Positions 45,415 to 55,813 of a stretch of DNA of 64,000 nucleotides are shown in pieces. The position numbers were made by a program, and so were the translations under genes. The stretch is from contig OY969814.1 of the NCBI GenBank assembly GCA_963703345.1, positions 608,001 to 672,000 on the forward strand, in the 5' to 3' direction. The notes below the pieces were generated by a model. It did no database searches and had not been told where the DNA came from. It saw nothing but the letters and a program-made list of their open reading frames with translations. Position 1 is the stretch's first letter; every line of letters starts with the position of its first letter. The stretch comes from an uncultured Chloroflexia bacterium. GTDB taxonomy: Bacteria > Chloroflexota > Dehalococcoidia > DSTF01 > JALHUB01.

Positions 45415-46209
45415 CTAGTCCTGACGGTGGAAGTCAGGCTCGCGACGTTCCATGAACGCCCGGATCCCCTCGCGGTGCTCAGCCGTCAACATGCACTCGG
45501 CGAAGGCCGCTGTCTCGCGCTCGAGGGCATCGGCGTAGTCGCCGTCGAGGTTCCGGTAGATGATCTCCTTCGCCTTTCTCAACGCGAAAGGAGGCCTCTT
45601 AGCGATGATGGAGGCGACATTCATCGCTTCCTCCATCAGGCGGTCGTCCGGCACGACGCGGTTGACCAGTCCCATCTCCAGCGCCTCTTGCGCGCCGAAC
45701 GTTCGCGGCATGTAGACGAGCTCGCACGCCTTCGCCAGCCCTATCATCCGTGGCAACAGATATGAGGAGCCGAACTCCGGCGTCAGGCCGACGTTCAGGA
45801 ACTGGGTGTTGAGACGCGCGCCCTCGGCGGCGATGCGCATGTCGCAGTTCATCGGCAGGGTGACGCCGATGCCCATGGCATAGCCGTGAACCGCGGCAAT
45901 GCTGGGCTTGCCAAAATGAAGCAGCTCGATGAGCGATGGGAAGTCGCTGGCAACGCGCTCGGTCTGAATTCCGGCATCCTGGGCATCCGCGCGTAGCTTG
46001 AACTCGCCGATATCCGCGCCGGCGCAGAAAGCACGGCCCGCGCCCTTGAACAGCACAACGCCGACGCCCTTGTCCTCATTGGCGTCGACCAGCGCCTGCG
46101 CCACCTCGACGGCCATCTGCTGCGTCCAGGCGTTCAGCTTCTCCGGCCGGTTCAGCGTAACGACGGCGATGCGGTCCCGTTTCTCGTACAGAATTGCGCC
46201 GTAAGCCAC
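45415..46209 (-). CDS. Enoyl-CoA hydratase/isomerase
   Basis: LNRPEKLNA, FCAGAD, AAVHGYAMGIG, CDMRIA, GLTPEFG; GTG start. Confidence 0.9.
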   Translation of the reverse strand: MAYGAILYEKRDRIAVVTLNRPEKLNAWTQQMAVEVAQALVDANEDKGVGVVLFKGAGRAFCAGADIGEFKLRADAQDAGIQTERVASDFPSLIELLHFGKPSIAAVHGYAMGIGVTLPMNCDMRIAAEGARLNTQFLNVGLTPEFGSSYLLPRMIGLAKACELVYMPRTFGAQEALEMGLVNRVVPDDRLMEEAMNVASIIAKRPPFALRKAKEIIYRNLDGDYADALERETAAFAECMLTAEHREGIRAFMERREPDFHRQD

Positions 46210-46223
46210 AGCATTCCCCTCTT

Positions 46224-47390
46224 CTACTCGCGGGGAAGCCCCAGGCCGCGCTGCGCCATAAGGTTCCGCTGGATCTCGTTGCTGCCCGCGTAGATCGTCT
46301 CGCCGATGGTCCACAGGTAGAGGTACTTGATCCGTCCCCCGATCTGCGACCACGGGGACTTCGCGTCCAGGCCGCCGTACAGGCCCATGATGTCCATACC
46401 CGTGCGGGCCAGCCTCTGGTGCAGCTCAGTTCCGAAGGTCTTTGCCATCGACGCCTGGTAGGCGGGGATCAGCCCCTTCGTCTGCATGTAGGCGACGTTG
46501 TAGTTGATCAGCGTCGCAACCTCGATCTCGATAGCCATCTCAGCCAGCTTGTGCTTGACTACGGGGTCGTCGGCGATGGGCTTTCCGTTCCGCTTCGTCA
46601 CCTTCGCCCACTTCACCAGCTCCTCCAGCGTCTTCGCCGACTCGGCGGCAAAGCTGATCGAGGACCTCTCGAAGTCCAGCGTCGTCATGGCCACGTACCA
46701 GCCGCGGTTCTCTTCGCCAATCATCTGGTCCTTGGGCACGCGGACGTTGTCAAAGTAGGTGTCCGTGAAGCCGGAGAAGCCGGCCATGTTGACGATGGGC
46801 ATGACTGTGATGCCCGGCGATTTCATATCGCAGACGAAGTAGGAGATGCCGCGGTGCTTCGGCGAGTTGACGTCCGTCCGCGCCATCACGTGGATCCAGT
46901 CACCGACCGTGCCGGCCGAAGTCCACGTCTTCTGGCCGTTGAGGATGTAGTCGTCCCCGTCCTTCACCGCGCGAAGCTGCAGGCTCGCCAGGTCGGAGCC
47001 GGCGTTCGGCTCGCTGAAGCCCTGCGCCCAGATGACCTCGCACTTGGCAATCGGCGGCAAGAAGCGCTTCTTCTGCTCCTCGGTCCCGTGGACCATGATG
47101 CAGGGGCCGATCATGTGCACGCCCTGCCCGTCGAGGATGCGGGCGCCGACGTAGGACATCTCCTCGCGCAGGATGATCTGCTTCATATGCGTGGAGCCGC
47201 CGCCGCCGTACTCCTTTGGCCAGTGCATTGTGCGCCAGCCCTTGTCGGCCATCTTCTTCTCGAAGGCGCGCGCCTGTTCGAACACCTCCGGGTCTTCAAC
47301 GTCGATGTAGCCGAGCGTCCACTCCTTGCGCAGGAACGCCCGTACCTCCTGTCGAAAGGCTTCTTCTTCTTCCGTGAACTTGAAGTCCAT
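46224..47390 (-). CDS. Acyl-CoA dehydrogenase
   Basis: WAQGFSEPNAGSDLASL, NGQKTWTS, GSNEIQRN. Confidence 0.93.
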   Translation of the reverse strand: MDFKFTEEEEAFRQEVRAFLRKEWTLGYIDVEDPEVFEQARAFEKKMADKGWRTMHWPKEYGGGGSTHMKQIILREEMSYVGARILDGQGVHMIGPCIMVHGTEEQKKRFLPPIAKCEVIWAQGFSEPNAGSDLASLQLRAVKDGDDYILNGQKTWTSAGTVGDWIHVMARTDVNSPKHRGISYFVCDMKSPGITVMPIVNMAGFSGFTDTYFDNVRVPKDQMIGEENRGWYVAMTTLDFERSSISFAAESAKTLEELVKWAKVTKRNGKPIADDPVVKHKLAEMAIEIEVATLINYNVAYMQTKGLIPAYQASMAKTFGTELHQRLARTGMDIMGLYGGLDAKSPWSQIGGRIKYLYLWTIGETIYAGSNEIQRNLMAQRGLGLPRE

Positions 47391-47499
47391 ACTTAAGCCC
47401 CCTCTTCACTAGGACCAACTGATGGGTTGGCGTGACTCAATGGGATATCGCTTCTCCTTTCCCGAGGGATTGATGCCCCCGCTATGGCAAATTGCCGCT

Positions 47500-48195
47500 T
47501 CATGTCGCTATCCCTTCCATTGAGGAGGGGACGATTGGCAGATGGTCGTAAGGCAACGTTGCGGTGATCGATCGGAGCCGTCCCTCCGGCAAGTCGGCGC
47601 GTATAGCGTCGATAAGCATATGCACCCACGCCTCCACCTTCTGACGCGTGAGATCGCTGTCGAAGCCAAGGAGGTGCCTCGCGTCCAGCATCAATCCCAT
47701 CCCCAGGAAATGCCAGGCAAATGCGCGGGCGTCGACATTGGCTCGCACCAGGCCGCGCTTCTTGCCGTCCTCCACCAGTTCAGCAAAGAGCTCGACAAAC
47801 GAGGAGTAGTTCTCCCGTAGGGCCAGCCGGATCTCCGCGTCGTCCGCCTCGACGAGCGCCTGGAACTGGAGCTTCATGACTGCCGAGTGGCTCTTCAGGT
47901 GGTCGTAGTAACTCACGCCGATGCTCCAGAGCGTCTCCAGCGGGTCGTCCACCTCCGAGGCGATGCGATTCCAGCTTTCGATTAGCCTGGGCGCGGTGGT
48001 CCTGAGCGTGGAGAGGAAGAGCGCCTTCTTACTGGGGAAATAGCGGTAGAGGGCGGGCTCCGAGATGCCGGCGGCCCTGGCGAGGTCCGCGGTGCTCACC
48101 TTCCAATAGTTCGACGCAGCGAAAGCGACCCTGGCGCTCTCGATGATGAGCTTCTTGCGTTCGACGGCGGGTAGCCTTCTTGCTCGCGTTGTCAT
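47500..48195 (-). CDS. TetR/AcrR transcriptional regulator
   Basis: STADLARAAGISEPALYRYFPSK. Confidence 0.92.
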   Translation of the reverse strand: MTTRARRLPAVERKKLIIESARVAFAASNYWKVSTADLARAAGISEPALYRYFPSKKALFLSTLRTTAPRLIESWNRIASEVDDPLETLWSIGVSYYDHLKSHSAVMKLQFQALVEADDAEIRLALRENYSSFVELFAELVEDGKKRGLVRANVDARAFAWHFLGMGLMLDARHLLGFDSDLTRQKVEAWVHMLIDAIRADLPEGRLRSITATLPYDHLPIVPSSMEGIAT

Positions 48196-48199
48196 TTGT

Positions 48200-48264
48200 T
48201 AGTGAACACTCACTACTAAGACTGAGAGCGCAGAAAAGCTACCACCAAGGCCGTTTATCGTCAA
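48200..48264 (-). promoter_or_regulatory. tetR promoter and palindromic operator
   Basis: TAGTGA-N4-TCACTA at 48200-48215 just before the ATG; minus strand TTGACG-N17-TAGCTT. Confidence 0.7.
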
Positions 48265-48517
48265 GCGGTCTGAGGACGCCGAGCGGGGGGCTGTCTCAAG
48301 CTATGCCCTGAACGGGGCTAGGTAACGACTTCCATAGATGGTCGGACACAACGACGACCCCCCACTTGGACTCGGAACCCGAGAGTGGATGTAACCGCAA
48401 TCATACGCGGTCGCCCGGCTTCAAATTCCTGAACTCCCGCTACCATTCGGCCCATAGACCTGCCAGCCCTCCTCTATAGGTTCCCCTTACAAACCGCGCT
48501 CCGGCCACCTTTCCGCG

Positions 48518-48545
48518 TTGACAACACTTTACCTAGTGCTATAAT
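48518..48545 (+). promoter_or_regulatory. Consensus sigma-70 promoter
   Basis: TTGACA-N16-TATAAT with extended -10 TG. Confidence 0.8.
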
Positions 48546-48677
48546 CGCTGCATTCGCGACTTGACATCGACCGAAGAAACACAAACATAGGCGGCAGAGC
48601 GACCAGCCGTACTACCTCGTTACATCGGTGCGCTTAAACGGGCGCAATTCTGAACAACCATCCAGGGCAAGATAAGC

Positions 48678-50267
48678 GTGAGCAGTCAATTGCAGCTGAA
48701 TGATTCTCGGATAGACAAACTGACCAGCCTAATCAAGGACAGCTTTCGGGTTCGTCCGAATCAAGACCCATTGTACGTGCCTATAAGCGACCACCTAGAA
48801 CGTCTGAAGGCCAAACAGCATCAGATAATCTTCGGCAGGCGGGGGTCTGGAAAGTCCTGCCTGCTCGTCCATTACCACAGAAGTGAGAAGAAGAGTGAGG
48901 GAGTCCTCTCGCTCTACATCGAAGCGGACGAAATAAAGACGCTGCCTTATCCTGATCTCTTGATAAGGCTATTGCTCTCCATCGGTGAGCAATTTCGTTC
49001 CGCTTCTCATGGTGCCATCGCCCGATTGTTCAGGCTTGAGTCCGGACGGTTGAGAAGGGAGCTACGGGCGCTGCGTGCGCTTCTTGATGAAGCGGAAGTT
49101 GCCGAAGTTTCGCGCGAAGTGGGCGGGAAATCATCTTCTTCAACAGGGCTGCGTGTCGGAGCTGGTGGAGCGGTTCTTGACGCAGGCCACTCGGCCGAGG
49201 AGGCTACTCACAAGACGACGGCATTCACAGAGAGAAAGATTGAGAACCTCGAACGCCATTTGCAGGATTACAAGGCGGCACTTGTCAACGCTTTGAGAAA
49301 GTCACGATTCCGACATGTCGCCATAATCATCGACGACTTCTATCTAATAGAGTCGCGCCGGCAACCGGACGTAATTGACTACTTGCACCGCCTCTTGCGG
49401 GGAACCGAGTTCTACCTAAAAGTGGGTACGGTGCGCCATCGGACCTCTCTCGTTCGTCACGATGGGTCACAGACTATCGGTGTCGAGCTTGCCCAAGACG
49501 TGGAAGAAATCAGCTTGGACAAGACATTTGAGGACCTAGACGAAACCAGACGGTACTTGGCGAGGATGCTGGATTTGATGGCAGCTAAGGTCGGTCTGCA
49601 GAACCTCACGCAGAGCGATATCATAAGCGAGGATGGGCTCTTGGCGCTCACACTCGCGTCTGGAGGTGTCCCTCGTGACTTCCTTACTATATTCGTGGAG
49701 GCAGTCGGTGCGGCGAGAGACAGGGGCTGGCCCCGCATAACGCCAACGAGCGTCTACAGAGGCGCAGGTCGGGTGTCCTACAGAACCAAGCTCACAAGTC
49801 TGCGAAGTGATGCGGGAACCGAGGCAACCGGACTGGAGAGGGTATTCACAGACCTCACAACCTATTGTCTAAGAGAGAAACGAAAGACCGCGTTCCTAGT
49901 GTCGCAAGATGACGCCGGAACGTACAAAGATGTTCATGAACTCATCCAGCAATTGATGGACTTCAAGCTTATTCACGTAATAGAGCCTGACACTTCTGCA
50001 GCGTCTGGAAGGTCAGGTCGCTATGAAGCTTACACCCTCGATTGGTCGCTCTTCATGGAGCCTCGGCTTCGAAACATCGAACATGTCGAATTCTGGCTGA
50101 CCGATGAGCAGCGTCGGAGACGAGGCCTTAGGGAAGCGCCCGTGTATTCACTTCGGCGCGCCAGCGATGTCCTCGTAGCTCAGGATGTACAGAGTCCCGA
50201 GCAGACAATGTCGGATATCCAAGCTGGGGAGGCTGTCGCGGACGACGTAGAATCCGATGAGGTGTAG
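48678..50267 (+). CDS. Solo P-loop NTPase (STAND/ORC-CDC6-like) with probable winged-helix C-terminus
   Basis: Walker A GRRGSGKS, Walker B IIIDDFY, ASGGVPRDFL; lower GC than the host. Confidence 0.75.
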   Translation: MSSQLQLNDSRIDKLTSLIKDSFRVRPNQDPLYVPISDHLERLKAKQHQIIFGRRGSGKSCLLVHYHRSEKKSEGVLSLYIEADEIKTLPYPDLLIRLLLSIGEQFRSASHGAIARLFRLESGRLRRELRALRALLDEAEVAEVSREVGGKSSSSTGLRVGAGGAVLDAGHSAEEATHKTTAFTERKIENLERHLQDYKAALVNALRKSRFRHVAIIIDDFYLIESRRQPDVIDYLHRLLRGTEFYLKVGTVRHRTSLVRHDGSQTIGVELAQDVEEISLDKTFEDLDETRRYLARMLDLMAAKVGLQNLTQSDIISEDGLLALTLASGGVPRDFLTIFVEAVGAARDRGWPRITPTSVYRGAGRVSYRTKLTSLRSDAGTEATGLERVFTDLTTYCLREKRKTAFLVSQDDAGTYKDVHELIQQLMDFKLIHVIEPDTSAASGRSGRYEAYTLDWSLFMEPRLRNIEHVEFWLTDEQRRRRGLREAPVYSLRRASDVLVAQDVQSPEQTMSDIQAGEAVADDVESDEV

Positions 50268-50415
50268 GCTACCACTTACAAGAAGGCGTTGGCCAGGCTA
50301 ACTCGCCCCGCTTGCGATATCGCTCGAGACCCCCTACAATCCTGTCGTCAGATGCCACGCGGGCAAGACCGCAGGATTCGCCCTCGCAGAGCGACATCTG
50401 ACCTGCGCTGACTCC

Positions 50416-51069
50416 TCATCCCTCTTCCGACTCCCGACGCCGCTCCTCGTCCTCCCGCGCCGCCTCCACCTCCGCCTCGAACGCCTCCTCCGGCGACTTG
50501 TCCGGCGCCTCCGGCTTCGGCATTCGCGCCTTCAGCCGCGACCCCAGCAGCGCGTAGAAGTTCACCCCCAGATAGTGCAGCGGCTTCGCGTCGTCGTCGT
50601 TCAAGAGCCACGTCCCGTCGAACGCCTCCGCTTCCGCCGACGCCGCCAGCACCTGTCCGACGAACAGCATGTGGTCGCCCGTGCGCAGCGTGTCCTCCAC
50701 GCCGCACTCTACGTACGCCACGCAGCCTTCGATGAGCGGCGCCTCCACCCGCGTCGCCTTGAACGTCGGCAGCTTCGTCAGCTCCAGCTTGTCGACATCC
50801 GCGCCGCTCACGCTGCCCAGGTACTGGACGTGATGCAGCAGGCGGCGACCGGGGATATTGAGCGCGAACTGCTCGCTGTAGCGGATCATATCGTAGCTGT
50901 GCCGGGTAGGGCTTATCGCCACGCCCACCAGGGGAGGATCGAAGCTCAGTGGGGTGACGAACGCCGCCGGCATCACGTTGCTCTTGCCGTGCCAGCTACT
51001 CGTCACCAGCGTCACCGGTCCGCCGCCCAGCAGGCGACGGGCGTCCGTTTCCGCGACCGGCCGTCTCAT
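50416..51069 (-). CDS. Flavin reductase-like FMN-binding protein
   Basis: PVTLVTS, SFDPPLV, FALNIP, APLIEGCVAYVEC, GDHMLFVGQV. Confidence 0.88.
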   Translation of the reverse strand: MRRPVAETDARRLLGGGPVTLVTSSWHGKSNVMPAAFVTPLSFDPPLVGVAISPTRHSYDMIRYSEQFALNIPGRRLLHHVQYLGSVSGADVDKLELTKLPTFKATRVEAPLIEGCVAYVECGVEDTLRTGDHMLFVGQVLAASAEAEAFDGTWLLNDDDAKPLHYLGVNFYALLGSRLKARMPKPEAPDKSPEEAFEAEVEAAREDEERRRESEEG

Positions 51070-51566
51070 AGTCCTCCTCCCTCCGTCGCTTCGCCAAGCC
51101 CCTCCACCGCCTGCCGGTCCGACGCCGAGAACGCGCAGAGTGTGCATTCGACGTCCGGGTACTCCGCCATGGCCCGCGCCATCGCCCGCGCCACCTCTCG
51201 CGCCGGCACGCCGACGATCCCGGCGCCGAGAAGCGGAAAAGCGACGCTCTTGAGCCCCAACTCCCGGCAGAGCTCCAGCGCCGACCGCGTTCCCGCGTAG
51301 ATGTCGTCAATGCTGGCCCCCCGTCCGTGCGCGTAGTCGATCGTAGGGACGTGAATGACGTAGCGCGCCTGCAGCTTTCCCGCCGTCGTCGCGACCGCCT
51401 TCCCCAGGTCGCACCAGCCGATGCGGTCGCTCTCCTCCTGGATCACGCGACCGCCCGCTCGCACGATCGCCGCCGCCACGCCGCCGCCGTGCCGGAGCTG
51501 CGTGTTTGCCGCGTTCACAATCGCGTCCGCCGCCGTCTCCGTGACCGGCCCGTAGTAGATGCGCAT
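51066..51566 (-). CDS. Macro domain protein (ADP-ribose binding/hydrolase)
   Basis: DAIVNAAN, HGGGVAAAI, YVIH, SVAFPLLGAGIVG. Confidence 0.9.
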   Translation of the reverse strand: MRIYYGPVTETAADAIVNAANTQLRHGGGVAAAIVRAGGRVIQEESDRIGWCDLGKAVATTAGKLQARYVIHVPTIDYAHGRGASIDDIYAGTRSALELCRELGLKSVAFPLLGAGIVGVPAREVARAMARAMAEYPDVECTLCAFSASDRQAVEGLGEATEGGGL

Positions 51567-51660
51567 TCGCGACCGCCTCCTTCGGAAGAAAGCTACCCTC
51601 GCCACAGGCTCGTTCAAATGATAACATCTCTTACAACGAACATAGCCAGGGAGTCCGACC

Positions 51661-52311
51661 ATGGCCGTCAAAACCAGAACCTGCTTACTTCTCGGAGTCG
51701 TTCTCGGCGCCGCCGCGTTGCTCGGTGTCGCCTGCGGAGGAGGCTCCAGCGGTGGCGACTCGTCGCAGAGCACCAGCACGCCCCTCACCACCTGCAAGCC
51801 GGCAAGCTCACCGGTCTTTGCTGCTCCCACCGGTGTCCCCACCGACAAACAGGTATACCAGTCCACGGACCTGGGCTACAGCATCATCTATCCCGCCGAC
51901 TGGCAGGCCAAGCCCAATCAGGCGACCTACCAGAACGTCTCCGGCGATACCTTCTTCTCGCCGGGCTTGCTCGGCGAAGTCCACCCCAACATCACCATCA
52001 CCTGCGAGACGATTCCCGTCGGCACCGACACCAACGTTTACGCCGACTCCCGACGCGCTCTCCTGCAGCAACTGCTCGGCTCGAGTCCTACCTCAGCAGC
52101 CAACGTGAAAGTCAACGGCAAAGACGCATTTTTCTGGCACTACAAACTAACCAGCAACAAAACCCCTCAGCCTGCCGTCATTGACAAGATAGAAGTCCTC
52201 TTCGCCGACGACCGCGGTGGTTGGGTGATCTCGCTTGTCGCCCCGGAAGGGCATCTCGGCGACTACAAGTCCGTCCTCGACGACGTCCTCGCCTCGTTCC
52301 ACGAGCAATGA
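51661..52311 (+). CDS. Lipoprotein with PsbP-like fold
   Basis: Lipobox GVAC, YSIIYPADW, VNGKDA, C-terminal VLASF. Confidence 0.7.
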   Translation: MAVKTRTCLLLGVVLGAAALLGVACGGGSSGGDSSQSTSTPLTTCKPASSPVFAAPTGVPTDKQVYQSTDLGYSIIYPADWQAKPNQATYQNVSGDTFFSPGLLGEVHPNITITCETIPVGTDTNVYADSRRALLQQLLGSSPTSAANVKVNGKDAFFWHYKLTSNKTPQPAVIDKIEVLFADDRGGWVISLVAPEGHLGDYKSVLDDVLASFHEQ

Positions 52312-52634
52312 CGGCGACGGCTGCCTGATGGGATTCGCGCGGGTATAAGGGGGAGCGGCGCGAGCATCTCAGGCAGGCTGTTGGTTGACTGGTGACTGCT
52401 GTATAAGTGGATTGGATGCCTTTGCCCGCGCCGCTCGAATCACCTTCCGCTATAGTAGGGGTAGTAGTCGGCCGGCCCACCATGCCGAAAAGCAGACCGG
52501 TCGACAGAAGGCTGGTTGCTGTCGCGAAAGGTGAACAAGCAGAGCTTAGGCCTTGCGCCAGCCCTGTGGCATCGGGAATATCCCTCGATCGCCATCGGCG
52601 CAGCGCCTAAAGAAATCGCCCGGGCTTCGACCAA

Positions 52635-53534
52635 ATGAGTGCGCGCATCCTCGTCGGCACCTGCTCCTGGGCTGACAAGAGCCTTATCGACTGCAACTGC
52701 TTCTACCCGCCGGAAGCGAAAACGCCGGAAGCCCGCCTCCGCTACTACGCCTCCCGCTTCCCCATCGTCGAAGTCGATAGCACGTACTATGGCCTCCCGA
52801 CCGAAGCCAACGCCGGCCTGTGGGTCGAACGCACGCCGCCGGAGTTCGTCTTCGACATCAAGGCCTTCCGCCTCCTCACCAACCATCCGACGCCGCCTCA
52901 GGCGCTGACGAAGGAACTGCGCGAGAGCCTCGGCAGCCTCGCCCATGAGAAGCGAAACCTGTACTATCGGGATGTCCCGCCGCCACTGCGCGATGAAGTC
53001 TGGCGCCTCTTCGCCGACGCCCTCCTGCCTCTGGACAGTGCGGGCAAGCTGGGCGTCGTCCTCTTCCAGTTCCCGCCCTGGTTCCTGCCGGGTCGGGAAA
53101 GCGCCGACTACATCGTCGAAGCCAAGCAGCGCCTACCCCAGTACCGCGTCGCCGTCGAGTTCCGTAACGCTCGCTGGCTGTCCGAGACGAACCGAAAGCG
53201 CACCCTGGACCTCATGCGAAGCAATAGCATCTCCCTCGTTTCCGTCGACGAGCCGCAGGGCTTCGCCTCCAGTCTCCCGCCCGTCGCCGAAGCTACCGCC
53301 GCTGTCGCAATTGTCCGCTTCCACGGTCGCAACGCCGAAATGTGGGAGCGCAAAGGCGCGACCGTCTCCGACCGATTCGATTATCTCTATTCAGAAGATG
53401 AGTTGCGCGAATGGGTCTCGCCCGTCGAGCGGTTGGCCGCAGCGGCGCGGGAAGTCCACGTCCTCATGAACAACTGCGTCAGCGACAAGGCTATCGTGAA
53501 TGCAGCGCAAATGCGGACTTTGCTCCGAGCGTAA
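52635..53534 (+). CDS. DUF72 (YecE-like) protein
   Basis: VGTCSW, VEVDSTYY, LFQFPP, AVEFR, VRFHGRN, YLYS, MNNC. Confidence 0.9.
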   Translation: MSARILVGTCSWADKSLIDCNCFYPPEAKTPEARLRYYASRFPIVEVDSTYYGLPTEANAGLWVERTPPEFVFDIKAFRLLTNHPTPPQALTKELRESLGSLAHEKRNLYYRDVPPPLRDEVWRLFADALLPLDSAGKLGVVLFQFPPWFLPGRESADYIVEAKQRLPQYRVAVEFRNARWLSETNRKRTLDLMRSNSISLVSVDEPQGFASSLPPVAEATAAVAIVRFHGRNAEMWERKGATVSDRFDYLYSEDELREWVSPVERLAAAAREVHVLMNNCVSDKAIVNAAQMRTLLRA

Positions 53535-53553
53535 GCCGATCGAAGGTAGAGTG

Positions 53554-55002
53554 TTAGCTGCCGGGCGTGGGAGTGGCGCCCGAAGCGCCGCTGGCAGCAG
53601 TCGTGGCTTGCGGCGTGACCGTCGGCTGCGGCGTCAACGTGGGTGTCGCCGTCGGCGGCGGAGAAAGGACGATGCTGTTTACGATGTGGAATATGATGTC
53701 CGCATTCGCCGGGCTGAACGCCACAAGCTCATCTCTCGTCGCTTGCCAGAGGATCGGCCCGTCCGACCGCCTGACAACCGATTCCTGGAACACGCCGTTG
53801 ACGTCCTGGTCCCAGTAAGTGTCGCCATTCTGGGTGTTGACGACGACTATTGTTGAAAAGTCCGCGTTCGCCAGCCGCAGCAAGAACGGCGCCGACGCTA
53901 TCCCGTACGGATCGACCTCCAGCCCCAGCATCTTCCAGCCACTGCTTTGCGCCGGGACCTGCAGCGAAAGCCGCCCGATCACGACCAGGTTCCATGTCAC
54001 GCCGGCCGCATTCTCGTTCTCCACGGGTGCGACTATCAGGGCGCCGGGAATCGGCGTTATCTCTGGCACTACGGGCCTGGGCGTTGCCGTGTCACCTGGA
54101 GGTGCGCTCGTCGGCGTGCCTGCCATCGGCGTAGACGTCGGCGTGCCTGCCGTTGCTTCCGTCGGTTCTGGCGAAGGCAGAGCGGGTAGCGGCTCGTGCG
54201 CCACCACGATCGATGCCGCTGCGACGTACGCCTTCGTTGACGTCGTCTTCGCTTCCTGCAGCTCGTCCGTGGCCTTTGGATCGACGAGCGGCGCCACGTT
54301 TTGAAGGACCTGTTGCTGCTCCAGCGCCAGCGCGGAAACCTTCTCGGCGTCCTTGAGGTTGAGGTTGGCCGTCACTAAGGAGTTCGTCTGGCTCGCGAGG
54401 TCATCGAGCGGCCCCTCGCCGACGTGTCCTTGCTGCTCCGCCAGCTTCTGTACCTCATCCAGCCGCTTCTGTGTGAATTCAATGTCGAGCTGCCGGCGCC
54501 CGCCGTCGTCGAAAGTCAAATTGTAGCGAATGTCTTCCATCGTGCGCTTGACCGGATAGCGCCAATCACCCGGCAGAGTGTCGGCAGACGTTGTGACCGC
54601 GAAGCTACCCAGGCCCAGGAAGGCCAGCAGCAAAGCGGCGGCCGCGCTCGCGGCAAACCGGAATGCCGGCTGCCATCGCGACTGACGCTGGCTCGAAAGC
54701 ACTTCCTGCGCCGCCGTCAGGAACCGCCGGCGCGCTGCCATCACGAACGACCGCCGTGGCTCGACGGCTAGCTCTCGCCTCAAGCGGGGCTCGGTCATTC
54801 TCAGGAAGCGCTCTCGCGCTTTCGCCGCGAACTCCGGTCGCGGCGCTGCGTCAAACGCCTCGCCGAGCACAACAGCCGTTCTCAGCAGCGGTTCCAGGCG
54901 CGCCGCGTCCTCAGGGTAGAGCGAAAGACACTCCTCCAGCGACTTTCCGCTGGAAAGCGCTTGCAGGCACTCGCTCAACCGCTGTTCGAATTGATTGCTC
55001 AA
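53554..55002 (-). CDS. Membrane anti-sigma factor with DUF5667-like domain
   Basis: LEECLSLYP...LEPLLRTA, TM helix, LPGDWRYPVKR; overlaps the ECF sigma stop. Confidence 0.75.
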   Translation of the reverse strand: MSNQFEQRLSECLQALSSGKSLEECLSLYPEDAARLEPLLRTAVVLGEAFDAAPRPEFAAKARERFLRMTEPRLRRELAVEPRRSFVMAARRRFLTAAQEVLSSQRQSRWQPAFRFAASAAAALLLAFLGLGSFAVTTSADTLPGDWRYPVKRTMEDIRYNLTFDDGGRRQLDIEFTQKRLDEVQKLAEQQGHVGEGPLDDLASQTNSLVTANLNLKDAEKVSALALEQQQVLQNVAPLVDPKATDELQEAKTTSTKAYVAAASIVVAHEPLPALPSPEPTEATAGTPTSTPMAGTPTSAPPGDTATPRPVVPEITPIPGALIVAPVENENAAGVTWNLVVIGRLSLQVPAQSSGWKMLGLEVDPYGIASAPFLLRLANADFSTIVVVNTQNGDTYWDQDVNGVFQESVVRRSDGPILWQATRDELVAFSPANADIIFHIVNSIVLSPPPTATPTLTPQPTVTPQATTAASGASGATPTPGS

Positions 55003-55640
55003 ATCTGCCCCTCAGCCGTTATTGGCTTCGTCTCCGTCCGCAGCATCTTCTGCAGCTTCAAGACCGCCTTGTGTTGCAGCGTCTTCACATTTCCCTGGCG
55101 CTTGCCCAGGACCTGGGCCGTCTCCGCTATCGATAGTCCGCCGGCAAAACGGAGAGCGATTACGTCCCGCTGCGCCTCCGGCAAGTTCTGCACCGCCTCA
55201 GCCACTTCGCCGATCATCATCTGCGTCTCGACGATTGCCGCCGGGTCTTGCCTGCTATCCGCCATCCGCTCGTCAAGTACCTCCTGACCCTTCCTGACGC
55301 CGTTCTTGCGATAATGGCTGATCAGGTGGTTCCGGGCGATGCGAAAGAGCCAGGCTGAGAAAGGAACGCCTGTCTTCTTATAGTCGCCAATCGCTCCCAG
55401 CATTCGCAGGAAAACATCCTCCGTCAGGTCCTCGGCCTCCGTCACATTCCCAACGCGGGAAAGGACGTATCGGTAGACGCGGGGCAGGTACCAGTCGTAG
55501 ACTGCTCCCAGCGCCTGGGGCTCGCCCGCCTTGGCCCGTTCAATCGTTCCCTCCTCGATTTCCTGAGGAAGGGGAGCGGCAGCGGCCTCCAACTCCAAGC
55601 CTCGGACTCCTATCTTGTAAGAATCGTTGACTAATAACAT
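54999..55640 (-). CDS. ECF RNA polymerase sigma factor
   Basis: Region 2 AEDLTEDVF...AWLFRIARN; region 4 LPEAQRDVIALRF...SIAETAQVLG; start may lie slightly downstream. Confidence 0.92.
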   Translation of the reverse strand: MLLVNDSYKIGVRGLELEAAAAPLPQEIEEGTIERAKAGEPQALGAVYDWYLPRVYRYVLSRVGNVTEAEDLTEDVFLRMLGAIGDYKKTGVPFSAWLFRIARNHLISHYRKNGVRKGQEVLDERMADSRQDPAAIVETQMMIGEVAEAVQNLPEAQRDVIALRFAGGLSIAETAQVLGKRQGNVKTLQHKAVLKLQKMLRTETKPITAEGQI

Positions 55641-55813
55641 AACATAGTCGTCCGAACGCGTCCATTAGAGTCGAGGGCCGAGCTTCCCACGAAGATCAAA
55701 ACGCTTGGGGCGGGGAAAAGTTAACGGCGACAGGGCACGTAGATCAACGAGCCCCTCGCGCCAGTCTGAAGAAACTGGTATGAGGGTGCGTCTGCTCGAC
55801 CATCCAGCCTCTG

